This document shows positions 25,982 through 34,821 of a DNA stretch of 64,000 bases, piece after piece; the stretch's first letter is position 1; the number at the start of each line of letters is the position of its first letter. The stretch is taken from IMG/VR virus record IMGVR_UViG_3300029131_000181; one strand, written 5' to 3'. Below the pieces are notes generated by a model. It was not told the origin of the DNA. It made no database searches and worked only from the letters and a program-made list of their open reading frames with translations. The position numbers and the translations under genes were made by a program. This stretch comes from a virus.

Positions 25982-26862
25982 AACAATTTCCTTTCTCTGC
26001 CCACAATGTTAATATCGTCAGCACTTTTTATAATTGCTTTTATTATATTCTGCGTCAACTCATATTTAGAAATTACATGCTTTTTGGCAGATGCATAAGA
26101 AGCGGCATTCAGACGCATCACATCCTTTTCTTTCGCATTGCGAATCAATCTATTCTCCTTTTGCAACGAAGAGTTGCTGCCGCATGATGTAACGCAGTAA
26201 ATTTTTGGCGACAATATTGTGATAACCATATGATTTGATAAACTATATTCTGTGCCTGTGTTATTCAAACAGCCTGTACCCAGCACAAGCCCTATATCCG
26301 GAAGTAAAATGGCGCTATTGTTTGCTTTATAGATAACGGTTCCTGAACTGTAATATCCAATTTTTACTTTATAGTAGTTCCACTCATTATCAGATAACTT
26401 TGGATGGTTCCCCGTCTGTATAAATTTCATGAAATTGCAAAATGCTTCTTCTGTATCGAACAGTTTTTTTATTTCGTCTATATACGATGGTAGCCTGAAC
26501 AGCATACGCAAGGCATACTCTCCAAGCCAATGCGCAGATTCTTCGGATATTCTATTTTCCGAATTCAAATAAGTTGTTTTATCAATTTCATTAAGAATTT
26601 CGTTCAACTTTTTCGCATCAGAATTCTCAATATCATTGCTCAGGAGTCCTTTTTCAATCTTCCCACGATAGCATTCGTTCCATTTTTTGAGCTCTGGATA
26701 TTCATATAAATTGTTTTCCGCTGCAATACCTTTTACATTTGCCCCTACATGTATAATTTTTCCAGTTTCCTTGTTATATACAAAAAAATTTCCGTCTTTT
26801 CCAGCGAATTTTTTCAGTCGGTATTTTGGCAAATAATGTTGATTTTCATTTTGTACCTTCAT
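25978..26862 (-). CDS. DUF4238-like protein
   Basis: N-terminal NQHYLPKYRLKKFAG resembles the DUF4238 HY(V/L)P(Q/K)F signature. Very AT-rich. ATGA overlap with the downstream HNH gene and about 17 nt overlap with the upstream MTase gene. Confidence 0.6.
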   Translation of the reverse strand: MKVQNENQHYLPKYRLKKFAGKDGNFFVYNKETGKIIHVGANVKGIAAENNLYEYPELKKWNECYRGKIEKGLLSNDIENSDAKKLNEILNEIDKTTYLNSENRISEESAHWLGEYALRMLFRLPSYIDEIKKLFDTEEAFCNFMKFIQTGNHPKLSDNEWNYYKVKIGYYSSGTVIYKANNSAILLPDIGLVLGTGCLNNTGTEYSLSNHMVITILSPKIYCVTSCGSNSSLQKENRLIRNAKEKDVMRLNAASYASAKKHVISKYELTQNIIKAIIKSADDINIVGRERKLL

Positions 26863-27955
26863 CGCCTTGCTTCCTCCTTTTTCTGATAAAAATTCTCTGA
26901 TAAACTGCAGAAAGCTGCACGCCATCAGGGCTTACCGAAAAGTCGCTCCTTCCTCTTTTAACAACTTTTGGTGACATCTTATCTCTTAATGCACCAGAGC
27001 CGGAGATTGTTACGCCATCCGCCTTGAAGAACTTAAAGCCAAGGCTTGTATAATCTTTATCGGCTCTGCAAGGCGTATCATCGAACATGGAACCACCAAC
27101 AATCTCAAACTGCTCCGGATTATACTTATCCAAAAAAGTGATAGGCACGCCCATAACGCCTTCATAGTCCACCGGAATATTCGCAACCCTATCCACATTG
27201 ATGGCCATGTAGTTATCATAGCGGGGGTAGCGCTCTTCCACGTCCGGCAGAGGGTTTCCGTCATCGTCATAGTACCGCTGCCAGAGAATCAGTTTCTCGT
27301 GGCGCTTCTGGATGTCGAGGTTAGTAAACCATCTTGTTAGACCGTTGATTTTCTTTGTTATTCCATTGGGGGTATCAAACTCGGATGGTGAGCTATAACC
27401 AATCCACACTTTGTTTTCTTTCAGAAGTGGAAAAAACTCTTTGTATGTAATGGCGTTCTTATTCCCGATAATCAGGAACTTTTTGCCGTGCTGCATCAGT
27501 GTGCCAACATACTCACGGAATAAGCTGAATGGCGGATTGGTCACCACGATATCACTTTCATCCAGCAAGTCAAGGCATTCCTTGCTCCGGAAATCGCCGT
27601 TGCCTTCCAGCAGGGTTTTTACACCGACTTCCACATCATTATCATCTCCGCCCTCGTACTCCATCTTGTAGGTTGGTTCGGTGTGGTCATAGTGCGTAGA
27701 AATCAGCTTCTTTAAGCCAAGTTCTGCAAAGTTCAGGTGAAAATACCGCCAGAAAGCGGACCATGTCGGGTCGTCACAGTTGCAGAATACAACCTTGCCT
27801 GCGAAATGCTTCTTGTAGTGCCGCAATTCCTCTGCGACATCCTCGATTCTGGTGTAGAACTCATCATTCTTCGCGTCCTTCGCCTTATGAAGGTTATCGT
27901 TCTTTGCCATGTCTATATCTCCCAATAAAAAATCCAGCACCGAATTACTCAGCAC
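26846..27955 (-). CDS. DNA methyltransferase (N6-adenine/N4-cytosine class, NPPF motif)
   Basis: DEFYTR ... FCNCDDP ... TNPPFS motifs. Confidence 0.8.
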   Translation of the reverse strand: MLSNSVLDFLLGDIDMAKNDNLHKAKDAKNDEFYTRIEDVAEELRHYKKHFAGKVVFCNCDDPTWSAFWRYFHLNFAELGLKKLISTHYDHTEPTYKMEYEGGDDNDVEVGVKTLLEGNGDFRSKECLDLLDESDIVVTNPPFSLFREYVGTLMQHGKKFLIIGNKNAITYKEFFPLLKENKVWIGYSSPSEFDTPNGITKKINGLTRWFTNLDIQKRHEKLILWQRYYDDDGNPLPDVEERYPRYDNYMAINVDRVANIPVDYEGVMGVPITFLDKYNPEQFEIVGGSMFDDTPCRADKDYTSLGFKFFKADGVTISGSGALRDKMSPKVVKRGRSDFSVSPDGVQLSAVYQRIFIRKRRKQGDEGTK

Positions 27956-29813
27956 TGGATGTATTTTCCGTATTACAATGACCGCATGATGTTTTCTTGT
28001 TTTCTACAAGACTTTGGGTTATCGCAAAGCATTCGTTTCCGCAATCACATTGACATTTCCATCGAGCATGACCGTTTTGGCTTCCTGCTCTCTCAATGAC
28101 CTTTAGCTTACCAAAGTGCATATTAGCTAAATCGTAAGTTCTTCCTTTTTTGACGAACTTATCGCGTGATGGATTTGCTTTCAAAAAGGCATCTGCTTCC
28201 TCTTCTGTCATGCTTTCGTATTCATTGGCAAATAACCAATGATATCCTCCGGCAACTGTACGTAGCTTGTTGCAGCAGTTCAAGATAGGCGAACCGCCGC
28301 TAATCCCGTATTTAAGAGAAGCCTCTTTTGCTGTAGAAAATCTCTCTTTTGTTTCAACGCAAATCACACTCTTGAAGTGTTTTTGTTTATAGCATTCAGG
28401 GCAGTTATGCCCGTATACTCTATCGGCTATTATCATCTTGTAGGAATGACCGTTTTTGCATTTCCACCAGCATTTTTCTGCAGACCCGGATGAGAAATAT
28501 TCGGGCTTCAAATTCTTGTTTTTTTCGTAATCCCATTCAGCAACAATTTCAGGATGTTCTGTAGCAAGGTTGTTCTTTTCGTTCCGTCTTCTTTTGCCTG
28601 TTGTACAAACAGGACATGTTGCGTTTTCTTTTGCTCTGCCATTGATGGGTGCTTCCCATTTATGCCCGCACTTAGAGCAAATCCAATGAACCATTTCTGA
28701 GCTAGATGATGACACCATCATCGGGTCAATGCCTACATTCAGTTCGTAGTCCCATTCTTTCAGGAGTTCCGGATGCCGTCCGCCCATACTTCGTTCAGCT
28801 TTGTAATCTTTGTATTGACGATAGATGTCTTTTGAATCCTTTTGTGTATCAATGTTAGGTTCAGAAACGCCAAGCATCTCTAAGCATTGGCGAATTGCTG
28901 CGTCGAGCGTTGCGTGCCCTCTATTGTTTTCTCTGATGATATTCTCGCTATTACGAATTTCCTGAAGCCCATGCTCGCGAATACGAATTATCCGAATTCC
29001 ATTCTGCTTGCATTTTTCGGACTTTTCTTCGTCATTTTTCACTCTTTTCTCATCAGAATGGTATCGAACACCATCGTATTCTACTGCAGTGCGAATGGAG
29101 GGGATGTAAATGTCCAGCTCTTTTCCAATAACTTTCTTGTTTCCAATAACAGCCTCTGAAAAATACTTTTTTGCATAATACGCTACTGCTTGTTCTTGGA
29201 ACGAGGTCTGTCCTTTATCGATAGTGCTGCATATCGGGCAACTCTTGATACGCTGGATGTAATGATATACGCTTGCCTGCCATTCCGTGCCACAAGCAGA
29301 GCATTTCCACCATACAACAATATTGCTTCCTTGTGTCAGCATACTGACATCTACGTCCTTATTTTTTGCAAAGTCATAGTCTTGCATAGCTTCTGCATTA
29401 TCTACAAGCATTTTCGAAGCTTCGGTAATGTGTTTGCAACAACCGCAAGACTTCACTTTTCCCCGCAGCAAAGAAGAGCGATAAGCAACAAATTCTTTTC
29501 CGCAGCTACACATACAGTTATAACGAATGTTTCTATGCCCCGTGCTTCCAATCGCATCTTCTGCCAAAGAAATAACTTTGATACCGTTGTGTTCTTCGCC
29601 AACCAAATCCTGGTATGTACGTTTACGGTCTTTACCTCGGCAGTCTTTACACTTTAACCCTTTCAAGAGCGCGTCGATACCAATTATCATTGTGTTTCCG
29701 CAGCAGTTACATTTCACCAAATAGGTATCTGCTTTTGAATTAGAGCCGGGGATAGTTTCGAAAACTGTTAAATCTCCGTATGTTTTGCCTGTTCTATTTA
29801 TTTTCGCCGCCAT
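27945..29813 (-). CDS. zinc-ribbon repeat protein with internal Vsr/DUF559-like nuclease motif (paralogue of 17284..18807)
   Basis: Multiple C-x2-C...C-x2-C ribbons (KCNCCGN...CKDCRG; WKCSACGTEW...CPICS; CWWKCKNGH...CPECY). AVEYDGVRYHSDEKRVKNDEEKSEKCKQNGIRIIRIRE matches the Vsr/DUF559 pattern. Stop overlaps the MTase start. Confidence 0.65.
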   Translation of the reverse strand: MAAKINRTGKTYGDLTVFETIPGSNSKADTYLVKCNCCGNTMIIGIDALLKGLKCKDCRGKDRKRTYQDLVGEEHNGIKVISLAEDAIGSTGHRNIRYNCMCSCGKEFVAYRSSLLRGKVKSCGCCKHITEASKMLVDNAEAMQDYDFAKNKDVDVSMLTQGSNIVVWWKCSACGTEWQASVYHYIQRIKSCPICSTIDKGQTSFQEQAVAYYAKKYFSEAVIGNKKVIGKELDIYIPSIRTAVEYDGVRYHSDEKRVKNDEEKSEKCKQNGIRIIRIREHGLQEIRNSENIIRENNRGHATLDAAIRQCLEMLGVSEPNIDTQKDSKDIYRQYKDYKAERSMGGRHPELLKEWDYELNVGIDPMMVSSSSSEMVHWICSKCGHKWEAPINGRAKENATCPVCTTGKRRRNEKNNLATEHPEIVAEWDYEKNKNLKPEYFSSGSAEKCWWKCKNGHSYKMIIADRVYGHNCPECYKQKHFKSVICVETKERFSTAKEASLKYGISGGSPILNCCNKLRTVAGGYHWLFANEYESMTEEEADAFLKANPSRDKFVKKGRTYDLANMHFGKLKVIERAGSQNGHARWKCQCDCGNECFAITQSLVENKKTSCGHCNTENTSSAE

Positions 29814-29958
29814 ATTGAATTTCCCTCTTTAATAAAAAATCCTATGCAGAATCTCTCTGCATAGGATGCCTTTTTACTTATTTGAATAAGGCTGTTTATT
29901 TCTTCCGTCTGAATCTATTATGTCACGGGCTGGTCCCCACAAAAAAATGAGCGTTAAA

Positions 29959-30013
29959 TGTGCGGAAACGCACAAAAAACGCACGCACACATTTTTTGAA
30001 TGATGCGTGCGTT
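29959..30013. promoter_or_regulatory. two palindromes in the divergent intergenic region: TGTGCG-gaaa-CGCACA and AACGCACGCA-N16-TGCGTGCGTT
   Basis: Perfect 6 bp and 10 bp inverted repeats. The half-site TGTGCG equals the core of the conserved promoter-spacer element. Confidence 0.5.
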
Positions 30014-30109
30014 TATGATAGCTTTTATTTAATGAAATGAGAGAATATATAGTGGCACTTCAGAGTAGGGCTTTCTGCTTTCCCCTGTACCCTGTCGTTG
30101 ATGGATGCT

Positions 30110-30236
30110 TTTCATTTGCGCCCGCACTTGGTGCAGACCCAGTAAACAGCATTTGTGCCGGAAGCTGTTACCTGCATCGGGTCGATGCGGGTGTTGAGCT
30201 TACGGTTCCAGTTGTCGCGCAGTTCCGGATGAAATT
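30110..30236 (-). pseudogene. remnant of a zinc-ribbon-repeat gene (3' fragment)
   Basis: Minus-strand translation FHPELRDNWNRKLNTRIDPMQVTASGTNAVYWVCTKCGRK* matches the E(H)PE...W...KN...CxxCG repeat unit. No start context. The plus-strand 161 aa ORF here is rejected. Confidence 0.4.
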
Positions 30237-30245
30237 TAGAAAACA

Positions 30246-30279
30246 CAAAAAGAAGCCGCAGAAACCTATCCTCTGCGGC
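30246..30279 (-). terminator. intrinsic terminator about 20-50 nt downstream of promoter P6
   Basis: GCCGCAGA-aacctatcct-CTGCGGC hairpin plus U-run. Confidence 0.5.
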
Positions 30280-30303
30280 TACACTTATTTATCTTATATT
30301 TCC

Positions 30304-30330
30304 TATCATATCCAATTCGCACGGATGCAC
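30304..30330 (-). promoter_or_regulatory. promoter P6 with conserved spacer element
   Basis: Minus strand reads TTGTGC-atccgtgcgaattgga-TATGAT. Upstream (30328-30368) are four GGCAAAA repeats with about 11 bp phasing. Confidence 0.5.
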
Positions 30331-30488
30331 AAGGCAAAATTGTGGCAAAACCGTAGCAAAACAGTGGCAAAGACAAGGTACATGGGACTTGTTCCGTTGC
30401 TGAACAGGAAATGCCAAAAAACAACTGCTTTGCTCAAATATGTCATCTCGTGTATTTTCTTGTCATTTATTGTAAATTCGCGCTTGCT

Positions 30489-30530
30489 TTTTGGTGCGGG
30501 ATGTGCTATTATAATTACATAAGATGACAG
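30489..30530 (+). promoter_or_regulatory. plus-strand promoter for the 30569 gene
   Basis: TTGCTT-N17-TATTAT/TATAAT. The GAAAGGAG RBS follows. Confidence 0.4.
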
Positions 30531-30568
30531 CATTGTACAGCTAACGACATATTTGAAAGGAGTACACC

Positions 30569-31969
30569 ATGATTTATGTTAACCTCGCCATGCCCGTGAT
30601 TTTCTATAAGCAGCTGCCCGGCATCGCTAAGAAGCTGGATGTGGATGCTGATTTTTTGAAAGGCTTTCTCACCAACGCCAGGTGTTATGTCGAGGATGCC
30701 GGAAAAGGTGAAGTGCTTGAGCTGGACAACTCGGCCGACACGATAACGAAAGTTGTCGCAACCCATGAGAAGCGTTTCTATGGCGCGGAAGCCATTGTGG
30801 AATTCGCCAAGAGCAAAGGCGTGGATATTCCTGCACTGAACCATTTTGAACTTGGTGCAGATATCTCTGCCCATGCAACGGAAGACCAAGTTGCCAACAT
30901 CACTGCATTGGCCGCACGAGTCGAGCGCCTCAATAATCGGTACAAGAGTCTTGCCCGGCTTGAAGCCCCGGACGTCATCCTGATGAACGAAGCAAGGATG
31001 GTGCGTGACGCAGTAGAGCAGCTGGAAGATAACAGCGGTACATACTCCCCGGCTCTTGACCAGAACGGGGTTGCCTATCAATCCTTGAAGGATATTGGGT
31101 ATTCTCTTGTCACCGGTTGGGACAAGTCGGTACTTGAAAAGAACAGCAATAAGGATACGGAGGCCACCTTTCCCAAAGAGCCCGACTTTCAAAGGCTGGC
31201 ATCGCTGGTCAAAAAAGCCATCGGAACCCGCACACAGGGTAAGTTTGCGTTTCAAGCGGGGCTGACTCGTGGATATATCAGTAACCTTGCGAACGGCAAC
31301 GCGAAAGCTCAGCCGACCGAGAATACCATCAAGAAAATTGCAAGCGCAACAGATGCTGTCACGGAGAACGAGCTTCGTATCGCCTGTGGGTATGAGCCCT
31401 TGCCTGACGACGGGAAAGACAAGCTCTCTATGCAGCGTGCAAGCATGTCTGATGACGCATGGCAGAAAGACAACGTGGATGCATTCCTCTCTTTTCTGAA
31501 TGAAACGATTCCAATGTCCACTCCTCTTTCGTCCACTGAAATTCTTCAAGCTCTTTTCAAGGAAAAATACGGTGACAAGAACGACCAGATTCTGCTGGAA
31601 AAGGTCTCTGCCCCCGGCACCTATCGTACGGAAGGTACGGCTGCTAATGTCATTCTACCCATTCGTCTTTGTTGGTTCAGCTTCAAGCGGATGCTGATGC
31701 AGACTCTCTATGTAGGACTTATCGGGCATTACAGCAAAAACGATGAGCTGTACATTACCGGATACATTTCTTCTGTGAAAGAGCTGCATGACGCGGTTCC
31801 GGCGCTGCGAGGCGGCATTGATGCGGCCTATGACGCGAGTCTGCCGGAGGGAATCGACATCATGAAGTTCCCGGTATTTTACACGGCTTCCAATGTTCAG
31901 GAAGCATACAAGCGGGTCCAGCAGAAAATCGTCTCCAAAATTGACGAGTCAGCCGCCGTAAGCTTGTGA
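30569..31969 (+). CDS. hypothetical protein with internal XRE-type HTH
   Basis: 466 aa. Segment RTQGKFAFQAGLTRGYISNLANGNAKAQPTENTIKKIASA fits the Cro/C1 HTH. Confidence 0.6.
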   Translation: MIYVNLAMPVIFYKQLPGIAKKLDVDADFLKGFLTNARCYVEDAGKGEVLELDNSADTITKVVATHEKRFYGAEAIVEFAKSKGVDIPALNHFELGADISAHATEDQVANITALAARVERLNNRYKSLARLEAPDVILMNEARMVRDAVEQLEDNSGTYSPALDQNGVAYQSLKDIGYSLVTGWDKSVLEKNSNKDTEATFPKEPDFQRLASLVKKAIGTRTQGKFAFQAGLTRGYISNLANGNAKAQPTENTIKKIASATDAVTENELRIACGYEPLPDDGKDKLSMQRASMSDDAWQKDNVDAFLSFLNETIPMSTPLSSTEILQALFKEKYGDKNDQILLEKVSAPGTYRTEGTAANVILPIRLCWFSFKRMLMQTLYVGLIGHYSKNDELYITGYISSVKELHDAVPALRGGIDAAYDASLPEGIDIMKFPVFYTASNVQEAYKRVQQKIVSKIDESAAVSL

Positions 31970-32042
31970 CTTCAGTCATGAGTTAGGCGACTTTTCTCTT
32001 GATTTGTAATCTCACATATGGTATAATAATTATGGTGATATT

Positions 32043-32462
32043 ATGCAAATGTTCGTCAATAATAACCTGTCATATGGTAGAGGTTATGTTTACAATATTC
32101 AATATCATATTGTGTGGTGTACAAAGTACAGAAAACCAGTTTTGATAAACGAAACAGAACAATCGCTAAAAGAGTCTCTGCAGCAGACCGCCGAAACCAT
32201 AAAAATCAATATTGTAGAAATGGAATGCATGCCTGACCATATTCACCTGTTGGTGGAGTGTTCACCGCAGCATTTTATCCCGGATATGATAAAAGTGCTT
32301 AAAGGCAACAGTGCAAGAGCTATTTTTATCGCCAATCCGGACTTGAAGAAGCAACTTTGGGGCGGGCATCTTTGGAACCCAAGCTACTTTATTGCAACCG
32401 TCAGTGATAACACGCGCAAACAAGTACAAGAATACATTGCATCTCAAAAAATAAGAAACTGA
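32043..32462 (+). CDS. tnpA: IS200/IS605 Y1 HUH transposase TnpA
   Basis: HUH motif PDHIHLLV. Catalytic Tyr region NPSYFIATV. 139 aa. Confidence 0.85.
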   Translation: MQMFVNNNLSYGRGYVYNIQYHIVWCTKYRKPVLINETEQSLKESLQQTAETIKINIVEMECMPDHIHLLVECSPQHFIPDMIKVLKGNSARAIFIANPDLKKQLWGGHLWNPSYFIATVSDNTRKQVQEYIASQKIRN

Positions 32463-32480
32463 TGAAAGGGGGGCTTCGCA

Positions 32481-33812
32481 GTGAAAATCACTTCCAGCTA
32501 TGCTGTGGAAATCAAAAAGCAGAAAATGTTCGACAATACTATAAAGATTTATCGCGAAGCCGTTTCTTTCTTGATTGGTTGTTTTAACAAAGAATGGGAT
32601 TCTATTCAAAAAGTAGAGGGTGCCAAATCTCGAAAGAGTTTTGCCGAGAAGTTAATTCATACTACAAAATACAGCACTGCTAAATATGATTTCGATGCCA
32701 AGTTTTATAAGTTCCCTAGTTACCTGCGCAGAGCGGCTATTCAAGCAGCACTCGGCTCTGTAAGCAGCTACTACAGTAGCCATAAGAACTGGGAAGCAAA
32801 CGGCAAGGTTGACAGGGAGCCAAAACTTCAATGCGATAGATTTTGCTTCCCGGCTTTTTATAAGACCGTTATGTATGAGGAAAGCAACAAACCAAACCAG
32901 TGCTATCTGAAGCTGTATAAAAACAATGACTGGGTTTGGGTTCCTATCGCAATGCGTGCCACCGATGTCAAATACATCACGAAATACTGGTCACATTGCG
33001 AAAAGAGTGCTCCTGCACTCGAAAAGAAGTACGGGAAGTATTTCCTACGCTTTGCCTTCGAGGAAGAGGTAAAACTCTCCGAAACTGAAATTCAAGACAG
33101 GCGTATCTGCGCTGTAGACCTTGGTCTCAATACTGACGCCGTGTGCAGCATCATGACTGCCGATGGAACTGTCCTTGCAAGAAAATTTATCAATTTTGCA
33201 AGTGAAAAAGACCATCTGTATCATGTGCTCAACCGTATTAAGCGTAAGCAAAGAGAACATGGACCTAAGAGTGCTGCTGCTATGTGGCGTTACGCCAAAG
33301 CCTTGAATAACGATATAGCGAAAAAGGTTGCTGCTGCGATTACTGAATTTGCTGTGCTTTATTCTGTAGATGTGATTGTTTTTGAACATTTGTCATTTAC
33401 AGGCAAAAAGCACGGTGGCAGTAAGGCACAGAAGCTGTCGATGTGGAAGCGTAATTCCATACAGGATTATGTGGAACACAAGGCGCACCGCTGCGGTATC
33501 CGGATTTCGCGTATCTGTGCTTGGGGGACAAGCAAACTCGCCTTTGATGGCAGTGGTGCTCTCAAGCGTGATGAAACCAATCGTGCCCTTGCAACGTTTG
33601 CAAGCGGCAAACAATACAACTGCGACCTAAGTGCGAGCTACAATATTGGCGCTCGCTACTTTGTCAGAGAGTTGCTAAAACCCTTGCCAGCGATGGTAAG
33701 GTCTCAGCTTTCGGCTAATGTTCCGGATGTTGAGCGTAGAATCCAAGTTACACTTGCCACGCTTAAAGTTCTGTATCCTGAGCTTAAAAAACTCAGTACA
33801 CAGGCAGCGTAA
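32481..33812 (+). CDS. tnpB: TnpB (OMEGA RNA-guided endonuclease)
   Basis: RuvC-I CAVDLGLNTDAV, RuvC-II VIVFEHLSF, RuvC-III NCDLSASYNIGARY, CxxC-type Zn region. Confidence 0.85.
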   Translation: MKITSSYAVEIKKQKMFDNTIKIYREAVSFLIGCFNKEWDSIQKVEGAKSRKSFAEKLIHTTKYSTAKYDFDAKFYKFPSYLRRAAIQAALGSVSSYYSSHKNWEANGKVDREPKLQCDRFCFPAFYKTVMYEESNKPNQCYLKLYKNNDWVWVPIAMRATDVKYITKYWSHCEKSAPALEKKYGKYFLRFAFEEEVKLSETEIQDRRICAVDLGLNTDAVCSIMTADGTVLARKFINFASEKDHLYHVLNRIKRKQREHGPKSAAAMWRYAKALNNDIAKKVAAAITEFAVLYSVDVIVFEHLSFTGKKHGGSKAQKLSMWKRNSIQDYVEHKAHRCGIRISRICAWGTSKLAFDGSGALKRDETNRALATFASGKQYNCDLSASYNIGARYFVRELLKPLPAMVRSQLSANVPDVERRIQVTLATLKVLYPELKKLSTQAA

Positions 33813-33985
33813 GATGTACAGATGCTAACTGAGTTATTAGTTTTCTTGCGGTGATGGCTCCCGTCTGGACGCCTGAGCTGAGGGATTACCGTATCTTTCG
33901 TTAGAACGCCGCTACCCATAAAAGGAGCGGGAAGCCCGCGACTTTAGTCGTGGGAGGATTCACTGTAAGGCTTCCGTTATCGCTT
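33690..33985 (+). ncRNA. candidate ωRNA / right end of the IS
   Basis: Structured GC-rich sequence overlapping the tnpB 3' end and beyond (for example GCGGTGATGGCTCCCGTCTGGACGCC..., GGAGCGGGAAGCCCGCGAC). Confidence 0.3.
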
Positions 33986-33990
33986 ATGCG

Positions 33991-34260
33991 ATGAACAATG
34001 AGACGGTTCTCTGTGCAGGACAGGACATCTTTGACGGGATGCTGGGCAGCAAAGAAACCGATGCAGAAAATTGCTCTTGCGTTTCTGTCTCTGACAAAGA
34101 GTTTGCCCGTCTGCATTCCAAGTTTGGCCTCAAGAAAGAGGACGTTCTGGAAGCTATCAAGGCATACGCGCAGGAGCTCGGTCTGGAGTACGGCCCCGTC
34201 AACTATTTCATGATGTGTGACCCGAAATACGCAAATGACCTTGGCGAAGTTGTTCAGTGA
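33991..34260 (+). CDS. hypothetical protein (possibly the 3' remnant of a gene interrupted by the IS)
   Basis: 89 aa coding-like ORF with no RBS, starting directly at the IS right end. Confidence 0.35.
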   Translation: MNNETVLCAGQDIFDGMLGSKETDAENCSCVSVSDKEFARLHSKFGLKKEDVLEAIKAYAQELGLEYGPVNYFMMCDPKYANDLGEVVQ

Positions 34261-34314
34261 GTTGTTCTGAATGCGGCAAGGTGATTCGCTGCCATAATGG
34301 ATGAGGTGTTTCCT

Positions 34315-34749
34315 ATGACACAAACCGATACCAATACCCGTATTACCGGCCTTGGCTTTTACTTGGATGAAATCGAAAAGCCGATATTTTGCATTTTTCT
34401 TGAGAATCATCGTCAGACTATAGATGCCATGAGCGCATCTGCTTCTGTTCGTGCATTTCTTGACCGTATATGTCTCGATAACGGCCGCATTAACTACGAT
34501 GAGGCGGATAGGCTTTTGGCGAAAGATGAGGATTGTGCTTTGCTCGGTAAATGTCTTGCCTCCGCCCTTAATCACGAATTTGGAGAAGAGTTGCTCTCCT
34601 GCCACTATAGCAGCTCAACTGATATTAACCGTCCGTGCCTTATCCTTTTACCTGAAAAAGTCAAGGATGAACCGGCCATAGCATGTGTGCAAAAGGCAGC
34701 AAATGAGCTGCTCGTCGATTTCGAGCATGTGTGCCACGACACCCACTAA
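34315..34749 (+). CDS. hypothetical protein
   Basis: Start refined to MTQTDTN with GAGGTG RBS. 144 aa. Confidence 0.45.
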   Translation: MTQTDTNTRITGLGFYLDEIEKPIFCIFLENHRQTIDAMSASASVRAFLDRICLDNGRINYDEADRLLAKDEDCALLGKCLASALNHEFGEELLSCHYSSSTDINRPCLILLPEKVKDEPAIACVQKAANELLVDFEHVCHDTH

Positions 34750-34751
34750 AC

Positions 34752-34795
34752 AAAAAAAGAAGGCTGCTACCCGTGATGGGCGGCAGCCTTTTGTC
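34752..34795. terminator. bidirectional intrinsic terminator between convergent blocks
   Basis: AAGGCTGC-tacccgtgatgggcg-GCAGCCTT hairpin flanked by an A-run and a T-run. Confidence 0.55.
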
Positions 34796-34821
34796 TTAAA
34801 AAAGGAAATGACTCGCAAATA

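Larger units (their letters stand above)
31975..33985 (+). mobile_element. IS200/IS605-family insertion sequence (tnpA + tnpB)
   Basis: Y1 transposase gene followed by tnpB, with structured sequence after the tnpB stop. Boundaries are approximate. Confidence 0.5.

Noticed and set aside
29959-30013. LexA (Cheo box CGAACRNRYGTTYC) or CcpA cre identity for the conserved palindromes.
   Set aside because: The half-sites TGTGCG/CGCACA do not match either consensus.
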